From NCBI GenBank assembly GCA_903813345.2, contig CAIIXF020000001.1, forward strand, positions 45,818,001 to 45,882,000: a stretch of DNA of 64,000 bases, written 5' to 3'. A program made the translations under genes and the position numbers. How positions within the stretch are numbered: the stretch's first letter is position 1; every line of letters starts with the position of its first letter. Of the stretch, positions 1 through 13,088 are shown piece after piece. This DNA comes from Owenia fusiformis. Lineage: Eukaryota. Under the pieces are notes generated by a model. The model was not told the DNA's origin. It saw only the letters and a program-made list of their open reading frames with translations, and made no database searches.

Positions 1-3000
1 CTTCAGAAATGGCAAATTTTCTTTAATATTTTGCCACTACAATCAGCTTAGTAAATATTAGAGATAATCTTGATATTGTAAGCGCTAAGCATATGAGAAA
101 TTTTTATGATATGGGAAAGTGTTTACCCGGATTTCATCATCTCGATTTTGACTGATTGAGAAATGGATAACTGTAATATCAGGGACTCTTGGTATAATAT
201 TGACTCATCTTCCCACTAGTCAAGCAATCCATTATCTCTATGCTTCGATTCATTTGATAAATATGATAACCCCTGAGCTTAGCCCTAAAATCTGCACTAA
301 ATTTGATACCCTGATTCCCATCAGTTCCCATCACTATACTCTGACTATTACAGGTGATTTAACAATTTTGATAATGAGAAGATCTTCATGAGCTCAAATG
401 CAGATTTTGTAGACTTTTATTGGAGTTTGAATGTGAAATTATTGAATACAATTGAAATGAAAATATTTTAACATCATGCTTGCCTGACTTAATATTGTTA
501 TTAGATCGACTGCATCAGAGAATCATCATTAATTTAAAGAGTGAAGACAAATCAAAACTCTTTCTATAGGGTACTCTTCTGAAAGTATATCCCATTGATT
601 GATTCTTGACTTTTGGGTTTTTGCTGGATTACGACTATCACATTGATTGCCTCTCAGTGAATATGTATTAAAAGAAAAGACTCTGAAGAGATCAACTATG
701 GTCTCATTTCTGGGGTAATTCTAGGTACTTAAATGCAGTTAAAATAGTTAATAGCCCTGTATTGTACTATACTTGTTATGAGATTGGTTCTTTTCTTTTA
801 AATTGATAATTTATTGGTATTATGTAAAAAATGGTTACATTTTTATATTATTTATTAAGAACATCACAGAAAGTCCTGAAAAATAATATGTGGCAAAATG
901 AATCTAATTTATAGATTGAAAAGAATTGCCCATGTATGCTTTAATTTAGAAATGGAATCATTGTTAAATATGCTTATCTCACACTTTTTATATTAGCCCC
1001 ACCTCAAGTTATTATATAATATATAGACATGACCCCTAACATCGTTTGAACTTCTTTGTCTTTTGAGATGTTCCATTTCCCAAACTATTCCTTTTATTTG
1101 GATCGAATAAATCGTGTTTTTATGACTTGATATCCAAGAGAGAGAGAGAGTCTGAAGTAAAGATTGGCTAATAATTCAATTCCCTGAAGATCCTTATTGC
1201 ATTTCCGATGCCAATCATTTACACTACACGGACTGTGGTTCATCAAATTACACAATCTGGGGCTCTGATTTGAAACTCATTTAAAGTGTATGCTGAGATA
1301 TATCTTCAATGGACTGGAAGGAGAATGTGAAGGGGTCAGTGTCCCCCTTAGATATATGTAAATATTAAATAAAAATAATTGAAATTGAATACTATATTAT
1401 TAATATGACAATAGTATGGAAGTGTCCCATCACTATACCATCCTCTGATTAAGAGCGATCATTTTACAGTTTGGCATTAACCAATCAGATAACATCATGA
1501 TGCTGATATGTTTACTTATTTGAATAATTTGTGGCTGAACAACGGCATTCTCTGATTGGCTCAGTGGTCGATTAATTAATTTTGTCTGTATTCAGCCACG
1601 TCCTATTTTTTATATTAGGTATGTCCAACATATCAACTTACCTCTCGTCTATTGATATTGGAAACTAAAATATATCAGGAAATTAATGTACAATTAAGCT
1701 TTCAGGGTTAGGCTCTCCACTATTAATGTATAATACTGATATGAAGTAATCATGCAATACGAACCAAAAACTATAAAAACATCTATATTCAAGTAATTAT
1801 CAGATGGGTAACAAAAAACCATTCAGTTCATAAAAAGCCTCATGTGCCATAAAAACAAGCACTATATGGATTCTATTATTTGATGACACGGTGTATTTTT
1901 CCTATTTTTTATCATCAGGCGATCTATTAAATGAATATTTTTCAATAATAGTAATATGCAGAGTCACTTTTCCTTGTATTCAACATCACTTTCCTTGCAT
2001 TCATTATGTCCCTCTCCTTGCATTCAGCATCACATTTCCTTGCACTCAACTTCAAATGAAATCTACTGTATATTATACTCAAGAATCCTCCCATCATTGC
2101 ATCGCATTCACAGATGATATCTATAGTTTACTATCATTATACTAAGACTTCTGTCATCTAATGGGTTTGTTTGATTTATATAAAACACAAGAAGATATAA
2201 TTTCCTGGAGCATAAATAATATGAATCATAATTGTACATGATTCTAGATCTGATATCAATGGATATTGAATGGATAAATCCTCTAATATCATATAAATCA
2301 TAATCAGAGAGGACTCAGCATCTATGATTTCAACTATGCTTGAAAAGCTGTACCCTTCACAAGAGGATGATTTCATTTATATACTCTTAGAATAAGTAAT
2401 GATTCTTTGATCATACTGAAACGGCCTCCGTCCCGTATAGATGATGTAACTATAATTGAATGGTAGCGTAACTAGGACCGGGTGTCGTTTTTATATAAAT
2501 CTCACTGTAAATTTAGATATTTGTGTTGTGATACCTTCTGAGCCACTAACTGAAGTATTGTATGGTCTGACTTGTGCTGCCCCCTTTTAAAGGTGACTGA
2601 ATTAAATGTACATAAAAACACTAGTATGCAAAAATGTGACTGGCTATTGATGTTAAGACTAAAACAGCTGGTGTTGTAACTTTAATGTGGAATCATTGTT
2701 GATTATAAGATGAATTATCTGAATGTATTTATGAAGTTGAAACAATGTACTGTACTGGAAGGTCAAAGCAACCTGTCCTGAACTTGTCCTAAATGTAAAC
2801 AACAACAGCAGATAGAACATGACCTGCTATGGAGGGATCAAATGGCCATTAAAATTAATTAACTTGTACTTAGCTGGGTAAGATGAAACCAAAGTTCATA
2901 CACATGCCATAGAATTGGTCTCAAAAAGTATGTTACTCTGACAAATAGAATATGTGGGCTTTTATGCTTTATATGGTTTGCATTTTTATAACTCAAAATT

Positions 3001-3630
3001 CATAATTGCTTTAGAACATTGCCTATTGGAATAATATAATTGGCACAAGTTGTTGTATAACTTTAAGTGAGAAATAGGCATGAAATTTAGGGAATCTTGT
3101 AAAGTTGGTGAATTTGTATATTATGAAAGGGTAATTTGGAAGAAATGGCTTTTGTTTTAACTGACAAATTTATTGTAAGCAAAGTGCCTGGAAATGTGAA
3201 CAAAGGGTCAATACTGGAGATTGGAGAATGAATTAACTAGGTCACCTTAGGATATGTACCTAACTCCTCTTGGTTATCACTCTATAGGTGGTTATAACAT
3301 TGAACATTGAATTTACATCCCATTTTGGGCTTTTAGGTAAAATGCATACACTATTTCACAAGTGTAAGTTTAAATAGTAACCACTGGCTTATAGAATGAC
3401 CACCTCGAATTAGCAACACATATCCCTGTAGATTTAACAGGATACCAGAATTAAATTTCTAATGTTTAATTATATCGAAATATTCCTACTTACAAAAGTG
3501 CTAACTGTCGCTGTATATAAAGCGACAAAAGTTCAACTAGTGAGATACACAAAAATATTTGAGTTAAATACTAATCCAAACTTTCTCTCAATCAATGGTT
3601 AACATAAGTATCAACTAAGGTATCTCTTGA

Positions 3631-4941
3631 TGTAATATAACTAAAATATAACGGTTCTAACCTAATTGAATAATACGTATATAGATATATGGTTTCACAC
3701 TTGCCATAGATCTACCTTAACAGTTTGTTATAAATTCCTCTATCATATTCTTGTTGAACTATATTGCACCAGGCCAAAACCAAACCACAACCATACAAAT
3801 CAAAATAAATCAAGGCACCAAAACCAGCTTCAAAAATACCAAGTGAGCAAAATATGTAACTTGTAATATGTAACTCAGTCGAAGAATAATGGCTCCCACT
3901 TAAGTTACACGAACTATAGAATTATCAAATATAGCATTAATTCATGAACAAACTCAGTCGGAGAGTAATGGCTCCCACTTAAGTTACACAAACTATAGAA
4001 TTATCAAATATAGCATTAATTCATGAACAAACTCAGTCGGAGAATAATGGCTCCCACTTAAGTTACACGAACTATAGAATTATCAAAGATTAGCTATAAT
4101 TCAGCTTGATCGAAGAGATATGGCTTCGACTTAAGGTTGGCTCAAGAATATCTCCGTCGAAGGAATGTGGCTTCGACTAAGTGCTATCATGAGAACAACA
4201 AAAGCAGAAAATAGTTGAATGAATGGTGAAACTAAACTGTTTATGAAATTGAACTTAATCTAGATTAAAATTATGAATTATTATTAGAATGATTTCACAT
4301 CTGTGCCATCCAGAGCTGAGACCTGGGTTATTCACTGATCCACAATTGATATAGTCAAAATTGCTATCAAGAGAATCGCCCGGTAGTCGGAATTCAGATG
4401 CGAGATAATTCCAAGTAAATTACAAATAAAAGTAATTTCGCTAAATTAGGCCTAGCACTTGTCAAAAATTGGTTACCGAAATGGCAGTCCTCAAATGTGT
4501 GATTTTAATATTTTACCAGACATTGTGCTCACCATATAGACTTTGATGATCACTCGAACAAGCAAACGATCCAAAGACACTTGTGAAGTCCACGAACTAG
4601 CAGAGAAAAAGACGATAACCCTCAGCAGAACCTCCAGAATGACCCCGATGTTTCTTGTGTTTTCCAAGTTATACCAAAACATAAATGACGTCACTCATTA
4701 ATTTCCGTAATGTTTCCGTAAAAAACCGAAGACCAGCGAATCCTCAAAAACGTGACCATGATCTGACCCGATGCAATATTATTACTTTACATTATTTATA
4801 AACACTTGGGGTAAGATAAAATAACGGAACAGAGGTCTAAAAACGTTGAAAAGTAAGAAAAATAAACGATGCGCTAAACTACCGAACGCCGATGAAACTG
4901 CTACGTTGAAATTGCGAACGTTAGACCTCTGGTTCGTTACA
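3631..4941 (-). mobile_element. CpG-rich ~1.3 kb insertion, possibly a solo LTR
   Basis: Bounded by TGTAA (3631) ... TTACA (4941); contains internal 79-bp tandem repeats, a CpG-rich right half and an inverted pair at 4823-4839/4922-4938. No target-site duplication found, so boundaries and class are tentative. Confidence 0.3.
3872..4182. repeat. 79-bp tandem repeat (~2.7 copies) plus two shorter derived copies, each with a stem-loop
   Basis: AACTCAGTCG recurs at 3872, 3951 and 4030; the core GTCGRAG-N8-CTYCSAC also recurs at ~4109 and ~4156. Confidence 0.85.
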
Positions 4942-5429
4942 ATACCTCTATACAATCAAAATATATAGTCATATGATCACGACACTACTATTTCCGCCAA
5001 CCATGATTGCCATCCATGAAAGCTACATTGAGTGGTAAAAGCAGAACTATAAATTCACCTGTAATAGTCAGAGGGTGTGTAGCAAGTTGATGTGGATTGC
5101 AGGGTAGGCTAACTTATCTGTTGTAGGATGATACAAGATAGTGTGTTTCTTCTATCTGCCTATATGTATGATACTGTCAGCACCACCTGTAGCTAACATT
5201 GGCAAATCTGTCAGGACTCATTTATTCATCTTAGTTACTCATTCAAACATGTCATGTGAAACAGGAGGAATGAAGGTTTACCATATTTGATAAATATGAA
5301 TTTTTATATCTTTGTGCTAAAAATGTAGATTTTTGGATTTCTTGATTTGTATTAAGAATTACCCTTTGCATTCATTCGACTTTGCTTCTGAAAAGAGAGC
5401 TTCGTCTTCACTCTTTCAGTTTGATGGTT

Positions 5430-5526
5430 GAGAATATGTCAGTGCGGTAGGTATGAAATGACCCGAGCCGTTACGGCATCGGTCATGGGGGTGGGGCTGC
5501 TAAACTGTAATATAGTCTATACTAGT
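5430..5526 (-). repeat. Dispersed repeat, copy 1 of 3 (others at ~46192-46312 and ~56606-56690)
   Basis: Reverse complement CTAGTATAGACTATATTACAGTTT...GTAACGGCTCGGGTCA...CCTACC aligns by eye to the two + strand copies. Confidence 0.65.
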
Positions 5527-6110
5527 TACTTTTTCCCGCCGTTCTTATGATCCAATTAGATTGCCCGATTTATTCAGTCCTTACGTGGGGACTTCCTGTT
5601 GACCTAGAAATGGCAATGTTTCGAAAAATATTTCTCAATTCAACAATTTAAACAGTGTTTAAGTCGTTTTTAGTGAACAAGTTGTACAAAATGGCGGCCA
5701 AATACGATCACAACGAACATGTGGAGGAAATGGATTGCGATTTCGAGCTCTTTTTAAGGCTCTTGGGAGCAGATAATGGTCATCGAAAATAGAAACTAGA
5801 ATATTTTCTGAACTGAAAAGATGAACATTCCATTCAGTTTTGGATTCTGACCAGACGTTAAATCTCCCCAGGGGAGTATTCATGGTATATTTATGCCCAG
5901 TCGTGTTTATGAACGTAAAAAATTCATGAGAAGATTTTTTTCATGAGCCAGGCCAGTGTATCTTCTCTTTGTGAAAATTTTATCCAGATTCATTCAGTAA
6001 TAGTTATTGAGATATTAATTATTTAGTCCAGGCATATCATTTTTGCACTCTTTGAAAAATAAGTCAGTCGCGTGGGATATATTTGCTGAAATAAGTCAGC
6101 ATGCTAAAGG
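5527..6110. mobile_element. DNA transposon remnant with a piggyBac-like right end
   Basis: CpG-rich tract ending ...GCATGCTAAAGG|TTAA; no matching left end found. Confidence 0.3.
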
Positions 6111-6781
6111 TTAAGAATAAACTATTTGAATAGAATTAATAAGGTAAGTGTCTCGAATAAAATTTTACATATTTTGATACATTACACAATTACTGAGGGT
6201 CTCCCTTGCATTCAGTTATGCCCAACCCTCTCTATATTGACCACCATTAAGAAATAGTTCATTTTGCTTTTGAAGTGTTGTCCTGTTGTGCGTTCTCATT
6301 GTTATTAAAGTCCTCATATCTTTACTGTAATGAAGAACCCTTCAGCTATAACTTGATTAGTCTCTTATACAGAGGGTATGGATTAACCCCAGGTCTATAT
6401 GATTAGGAATTGCCATATTTGTCTTGCACTATTGATTCATTACATTGACGTATATGTTAGAAATTAGATTTAGAATATACATTGATCTCTCTGCCTATGA
6501 GCTTCACACTGTTGAATGTGACATACAGTTTATGCATTTTCCTTCTTAAACTCTGGAGAATATATTTCTATATATACAAAATGTGGAGGTTATAATTTCA
6601 GGGTTTTTACCCATTTCCTTGCTAATTTCAATGTTTCTACTGTATTTATGCCATGCATCACCGTGACATTTTTTACATGGGTTGTGATTAAAAGGAAACA
6701 TCATCTTCCTACACATGTTATAGGCATCCCAAAGGTAATCCCTGTAGGTCTTTATATTCTTCATTATTTGGACCACACATT

Positions 6782-7027
6782 AAGGCTGCAAAGCACACAT
6801 AACATAAAGGTTGCAAGGCACATAGAAACAAAGGTTGCAAGGCATGCAGAAATAAAGGTTGCAAGGCACATAGAAACAAAGGTTGCAAGGCATGCAGAAA
6901 TAAAGGTTGCAAGGCATGTAGAAATAAAGGTTGCAAGGCACATAGAAACAAAGGTTGCAAGGCACATAGAAACAAAGGTTGCAAGTCATGTAGAAATAAA
7001 GGTTGCAAGGCATTAAGAAATAAAGTT
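6782..7027. repeat. 24-bp minisatellite (~10 copies), AAAGGTTGCAAGGCACATAGAAAC
   Basis: Directly visible tandem units; explains the repetitive ORFs at 6648-7016. Confidence 0.95.
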
Positions 7028-7503
7028 AAGTTCAGCGCAGCAATTACTACAGTATTAATTTGACGCTTTTGGGTCGTTTTGACGCAATAAGTCTACATGT
7101 ACTTTGATGAATTCTTTCTAGGGTCTAAGTAGCCTAGATGTTTTGGGTATGATTTAATTTGGTGATAATTGATTTGTGAACAGACGTTAAAATCATTCAC
7201 TTTTGGAAACTGTTTGATGTCAATTCAAATAAAAAATAATCCAGTCATTTTTTATGCATCCTAATTTTTGCTATTTATTATTATCTAAAAAATGATTTGA
7301 TTTAAAAAATTGGAAAATCACTGCTCATCTTTGCAGAATGCATAATATTTTACTTGTTCAGTAGTATTATACATGTATTCATTTATGTTGATATCATCTA
7401 TTTGGCAATTCTGATGAAAGTATTTGGCTTATGAGTGAAGGGTTGACATTACCCACAAAAGCACATTTTGATCCATTATTGTACATCCATTGTACCAATA
7501 TAG

Positions 7504-7587
7504 GACCTCAGCGGTCAATCCCTCCCTTCTCTATCCCGAACAACTTTATCATGGAGCATAAGCAAATGGACAATTACCCAGAGGCTA
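7504..7587 (+). CDS. Candidate 84-nt symmetric (phase 1-1) upstream exon of the MPDZ-like gene
   Basis: TATAG| acceptor, open frame PQRSIPPFSIPNNFIMEHKQMDNYPEA, A|GTAGGT donor; phase matches the exon at 9847. No recognisable homology. Confidence 0.25.
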
Positions 7588-7979
7588 GTAGGTAGTCACC
7601 ATTTTCACCACCAGGTGGCTATTCGGGGTCGGTAACATGGAAGGTAATTACAAAGTTCCCTTAAACTTGAACATTCATCAGTTTTAGTGGTTCAATTTTT
7701 ATATTACCCTTATGTATCTGATAGTTATACAAATTAAAATATGTCCAGTAAAAGACAATATTATCTGTGTCCAATAAGAAAAGATGTTTCTCTTTTTGTG
7801 ATTTTATAACATGGGGTCTACAGGGAATCTCCCCGACCTAGAAGTCACAATTTCGAAGAAAATTGAATTTTCAAAGTTAATAAACACTTTTTAAAACCAC
7901 ATTTCAAGATGTGATTTTACATGTTAATTTTAAATATGATATCACTTTGACTGAATTTGGAATTTGTAGTGATGTATAT

Positions 7980-8430
7980 CAAGATATTTCTACTTGCATC
8001 TAGTAGTCCATTTGTCACCCCTATACATCCAATAGTGAACCTAGAAATTGTTAAAAGTACGATGTTTTATGGTGATTTATGATAATAAGGGTTTTCTGAA
8101 GTGATTTAGCTGGGTTGCCCAAAAAGTTTGTTTGGGGAAAAAATGATATAGGCTGATTAGGGAGGGGTGCAATCGCTTAACATGGCGTTGACTATTGACT
8201 TAGCGTTTGGATACCACCATATACCTGGTATGTTACCATGGTAATAGATACAAAAAATTTCCCCAAAGTTATTTTTTTGGCAACCCAGCTAAATCACTCC
8301 AATAATCCCTAATGATAGTATTTACACAGAAAAACATCATACTTTTAAATATTTATATGTTCAGAAAATGACAAATTGACTATAGTCAATTCTGTCAAAT
8401 GTATAGGTAGATCAAGAAAATGTCATTATA
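7980..8430. mobile_element. Degenerate fold-back (long inverted repeat) element
   Basis: 8036-8142 is the imperfect reverse complement of ~8250-8363 (AGTGATTTAGCTGGGTTGCC / GGCAACCCAGCTAAATCACT). Confidence 0.7.
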
Positions 8431-9608
8431 ACTTATATTGTCTGGTTGAATAATTATGAATAAAATCTCTTTAGTTCTTCATTTTATTATTATTACATCA
8501 GTGCAATTAAAGACTAGTTGATATGAACCAGAAGTCTGCAAGGTTACCATGCCAACCCAAGAACATTGTCAACAAACCTGGATATTTGAGTGCAAAAAGG
8601 TTGAAAGTAATCTTTATTTAATGCTTTAGAACCTCCTACATTAAGAGCAAACAGCTATAATCTTCATCCTAAATAACCCTGAAAGATTTTTCTTGCTTTA
8701 CGTGACTTCCACAATCAATGGTTGGTTGGTGTGGGAGAGGCCGCTGTTTAATATATTTTTTATATTCTATTGTCTCCTGAAGGAGAAGACTCTCAGCTAA
8801 ATGCCACAGACCCCCCCCCTTGCTTGTTACCCCATCTCCCCACTCTTCTTATCAATTTGATACCTCCTCCCCCACACTTCATCTCATTTCCATCATACAT
8901 TATCTCTTACTCTTTCCCCAAACCCCCTCTTGTCAGATGTTGAAGATTAAGATATTTCCAAGAGTTTTTAATAGGATTGAAGTTGTAAAGTGGAATATTG
9001 ATAGAGGGTCATCTATTCGTATATACTGTATATAGTTAGTTCTACTTGACAGTTTCTGTTGCAGAGAATAACTGATTCTTTTCACTTGTGAATGAGTAAA
9101 CCTGGAATGGTCTATTAGGCCATTTAGGTTAACGATACGAGTATTTAATGTCCAGTTGAGTGGCTGAATCCTTTAAATGTTGGAGGTGAAAAACAAATTA
9201 AAAAGACATAACTTATATTTATTGTATTTCTATATGGCTATACATTATTCAAAAGTTCAAAAGTAAAAAAGATCATAAAACATACCAAGAGAGTGACAGA
9301 TAAAAATATTTATTGACAGATAATTTTTTTTAGTTTAAATTGTCATTATGAATGTTAACTTCATCTATGCTTTTAATTAATATTGTCTTAATTATTTATT
9401 ATATTCACCTTCTGCCAGTATTTGATAATTTATTGAGATAGAAATTGCTTTATTAAATGATATACATACTAAGTTCATGAGGCCTCAGATAATTTATCTT
9501 ATAATGTTATTGAATATTCTGCTCTTATTATTAAATCATGGTCGTTTTTTTTGTTTTTCCTGAATGTATTGTTAAATTTATATTTTGTTCATGAAAAGAG
9601 GGGTATTA

Positions 9609-9681
9609 CAGAGTGGGCCTAAAAATGTACTCTTATTATAGAAGTATATAAACAGAATGAGTAGTCTTTTGGCCCACCTTG
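9609..9681. mobile_element. Tiny Tc1/mariner-type MITE
   Basis: TA|CAGAGTGGGCC...GGCCCACCTTG|TA; termini resemble those of the 21768-22775 element. Confidence 0.6.
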
Positions 9682-9846
9682 TATAATTTGCATTGTGCTT
9701 TGTGCAGGCAAACAAGTATGCTGACGGACATCTTTAAGTACAATGTACGCTATTTTAGCCATCCAATTAACTAATTTGACATCCAGAATACAGGCAGGGT
9801 AATCCTCAAAAAAGATCTCTATATGATTTCCATTGTGTATTTTCAG

Positions 9847-10043
9847 AGAAGGTGCAGAGGAGATATGGTGATCTTCCAGGTCAGTTGCACATCTTGGAGA
9901 TTGAACGTGGTGACCATGAGCTCGGTCTCAGTCTGGCTGGTAACAGAGATCTCAGTGTGATGAGTGTCTTCGTTGTGGGTATCACTAACAATAAGGCTGC
10001 AGCCAAAGATGGGAGGATACTGGTTGGAGATGAATTGATCGAG
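9847..10043 (+). CDS. MPDZ: MPDZ-like exon (N-terminal part of PDZ8-equivalent)
   Basis: TTTCAG| KVQRRYGDLPGQLHILEIERGDHELGLSLAGNRDLSVMSVFVVGI...DGRILVGDELIE |GTAGGA; matches MPDZ/MUPP1 PDZ8 (RYG..GELH.IELEKG..GLGLSLAGN.D...MSVF) as recalled. Confidence 0.92.
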
Positions 10044-10963
10044 GTAGGATAGAGTATTTCCATTGTATTTATACAAATGTAGACCTTTCTAATAAATCCT
10101 GGCCTTTATTAGTTACCCAAAAGGTAATTAGGGTTTATTGGCTAGAGCTATGATTTCATACCTTGCAAATGTAAATGTTTGTATATAAACAAAATGGAAA
10201 GAAAATTTTGAAGTTTTTTGAAAATGAGTGATAAGGTTATCCTATTTCGCTCCTGAAAATGTAAGAATGACCTCATGACCAATAGATGGCATGGTTTACT
10301 GGAGTGCATGGTCTATTAGTATAAAAATACTATCAAGATTGTGCAAACATTACTGGTAGAAAAAAGCCAGGCATGGCATTGTGTGATTTTGAACAACTCT
10401 GAACAAGTATTGCATGGCTTTTACTCCTTCTCACATCCATTTGTCAACTAATGTAATGAAAAATGTATATGGTTATCTTGGGATTCATTTCTTTACATTT
10501 AAGCGTTATGGATCATCATATAACCACATCATCTTGTGGAGGTTCCATTAACACTTCAATAGGACCAGGCTTCACTTGTTTACCCTTATTTGCTCCATTG
10601 GAATTAGTAGCACCAGACCATGTTTTGTCTTCATAGCCATTTTTCATCAGACTGCACCCAAGTACACCAAATCTTCCACTGCAGCATAGTTCTGTTGTAA
10701 CTCTAAGGCTCGTCTTTATTTCCCTGACTATGTATTGAGAGATACCATGTCATGGTTGGATACCCTTTATTCAATATATCACTTCCCATTGAGTATCCTT
10801 TGCAATAGTGTTCATTTCAGACTCTACATTATCAATTAACACAATGATTCAGTTGTTGTGCTCTCTGATTGGATTAAATAAGTGTAAACTATACAAAGAT
10901 AGATCCTAGTAAAATCTGTGTACCCAAACACCTCACTCTCAGTATGAACACATTTTGGTCCCA

Positions 10964-11124
10964 TTTTTATGTAGCCATCAGAAGTGGTCACATTTTGTTA
11001 TAGTCTACAACTTTTCTGTAGATGGTGTTCAGTAGTTAGTGATTGGTACATAGCATTTGGCTGTTGGTATTTGGCATCTATAACAAATGGCAGGTGGTGA
11101 CATTTTGCATGTTAATGCCTTGTT
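10964..11124 (+). mobile_element. Short Helentron/DINE-1-like (HINE) element inside a pogo-like MITE relic (~10907-11219)
   Basis: GGTCACATTTTG...GGCAGGTGGTGACATTTTGCATGTTAATGCCTTGTT; homologous copies at 12922-13088 (+) and ~53420-53480 (-). Confidence 0.5.
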
Positions 11125-12921
11125 AGGTTACAAAATGCCATAGACTGTCAAATGTGAAGAACATCTTCCAATCTGAACACTTTTTTCTGTGGCATTTCCA
11201 TGAGACAGGTTTTACAGTACTTGCAATGCTAAGGCCTATTATTATACTGTTTTAATGTGAGGTTTATGATATAATACTCACACATTCAAAGTTCATCTAC
11301 CTTGTTGTTTTAGTTAATGCAACTCTTGGGAAATTAGTGCATCAAATCATTCAAGAAAGAAAACCTCCCCAAGTGCAGCTGTAGATGTATTTAAGAAGGC
11401 TGTAAATTACCTTGAACTAGTCCCAAGTGTATTCATTTAACTTGTCCGTGAATCCCTCGAGTGCATACTCCAAATGTAGTAGTCCAGAATCTGGTTCAGG
11501 TTCTCCTTGGCGTTAGTGAGGGAAAAAGATGTGATTGATTTCGTCACCAGGGGGATGTTTTTGTTCAAATTAAAACCTTGCAATTATTGCTTTGATTTTA
11601 TCAGTGAATCAATCATCTCACCTTTCTGTTGTTCTTATTTCAATTTACTGGCTCACATTTTAAAATACATCGTTTGATAATTTCTTCTTTGATACATGTG
11701 ATGCATGTGAAGTTGGGACAAGTATGAGGCATTTAGTGTCTTATTTAAAAATACATGTAGTAAGTTACAATGAACAGATTTTGTGTATTACACCAAAAGA
11801 TTTTGTAAGGTTTGAAAAGTCAGTATTCATATCACTTATAATTATTTTGCCCATCCTAATTAGGTAGTGATATAATGGTCATATTTCCTGGAAAAAATGT
11901 GGAATGATAGTGACATTTGAATAACCTTTTACTGCAGAACTTCTAGAATATACAAAAGCATACATGTGTATTGGTCAACTTCTGAGTGGGGAAAGGCATG
12001 CAACAAGCCAGTATGAACTGAATTGAACTAATTTTGCTTATTTGGTCATCAAGACGACAAAAATAATGAATCTTTATGATCCAGTAAGGCGATCAGTTTC
12101 TATCACGAGCCTTTTTCCTCAAATAAATTCTTGACTTTGACTTCTTCAAATTACTAACTAAAAGATTGTTTCAATAATCAAATCCAACATTGAGAAAAAA
12201 AGATTTCTGTGTTTGAAATGAGTGATTAAATTTTGATAATTGTTATTGTATTACAAACTCTTGAATTCAGTATTTTTTTTCTTCTTCAAGTATTAAAACC
12301 TATTTTAAGATAAGTACAGTTAAGTACAGTCTCCTCTAACTAATAACTGATTGGTGTTCAACCTGTCAGAACCACTGCAGAGCAAGTAAATATAATTACA
12401 TACAGTCCATGTATATGGATATATCCGCATATACATATATAGAGAATCTCAGAGAAAACAGGGTCAATGGAACTGTTGGTAATTTCAGAGTGGGACAAAG
12501 TGGGTCAATCTTTAAAAGGGTAGATGAGGATTGGTGTTTGTGATCAGAGGGTTGGGGAGTTTTAGCAAATGTGTTCTAGTTTTATTGCCTACTGAGTTAG
12601 GTGGTAAAATCAACATTATAACCAGATGTTTTAGCAAGTAGATAAGTCAATTCTCTTTCAAGTCTCTTGGCTTTTACAAATCTTTAAAATTCACATCATA
12701 ATGGAAGACCTGCCTCAACTAGTACTTCCCTGATTGGTTTGTAATCACCCCACAGCCATCTAAATACCCTGTCAATCTGACATGCCAATACTGTCTTTAC
12801 ACAAGTCTCTTTGGAATTTCCAATGTTTGAGAAAATTGCAGAATTAAAGATAAGAGTTTGTGTAAATGTAAAGAAGTTCGTAAATGTTTAGAATATGGAA
12901 ACCAAGAAAATAAGATGCACA

Positions 12922-13088
12922 TTTAGTATATCACCATCACAAGCGGTGACATATTGTTATAGTCTCCACCTTTTTGTGGATGGTATTCGGGGGTTGGTGT
13001 TTTTTGGTTGGCGTTGGCAGTCGATGTTCGCCGGTCAGAGTCTGTAAAAAATGGCAGGTTGTGACATTTTGCATGTTATGGCCTTGTT
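12922..13088 (+). mobile_element. Second copy of the short HINE-like element
   Basis: Aligns end to end with 10964-11124. Confidence 0.55.

Noticed and set aside
6648..7016. Repetitive ORFs on both strands (KVARHIET...)
   Set aside because: Translation of a 24-bp minisatellite; no splice or homology support.
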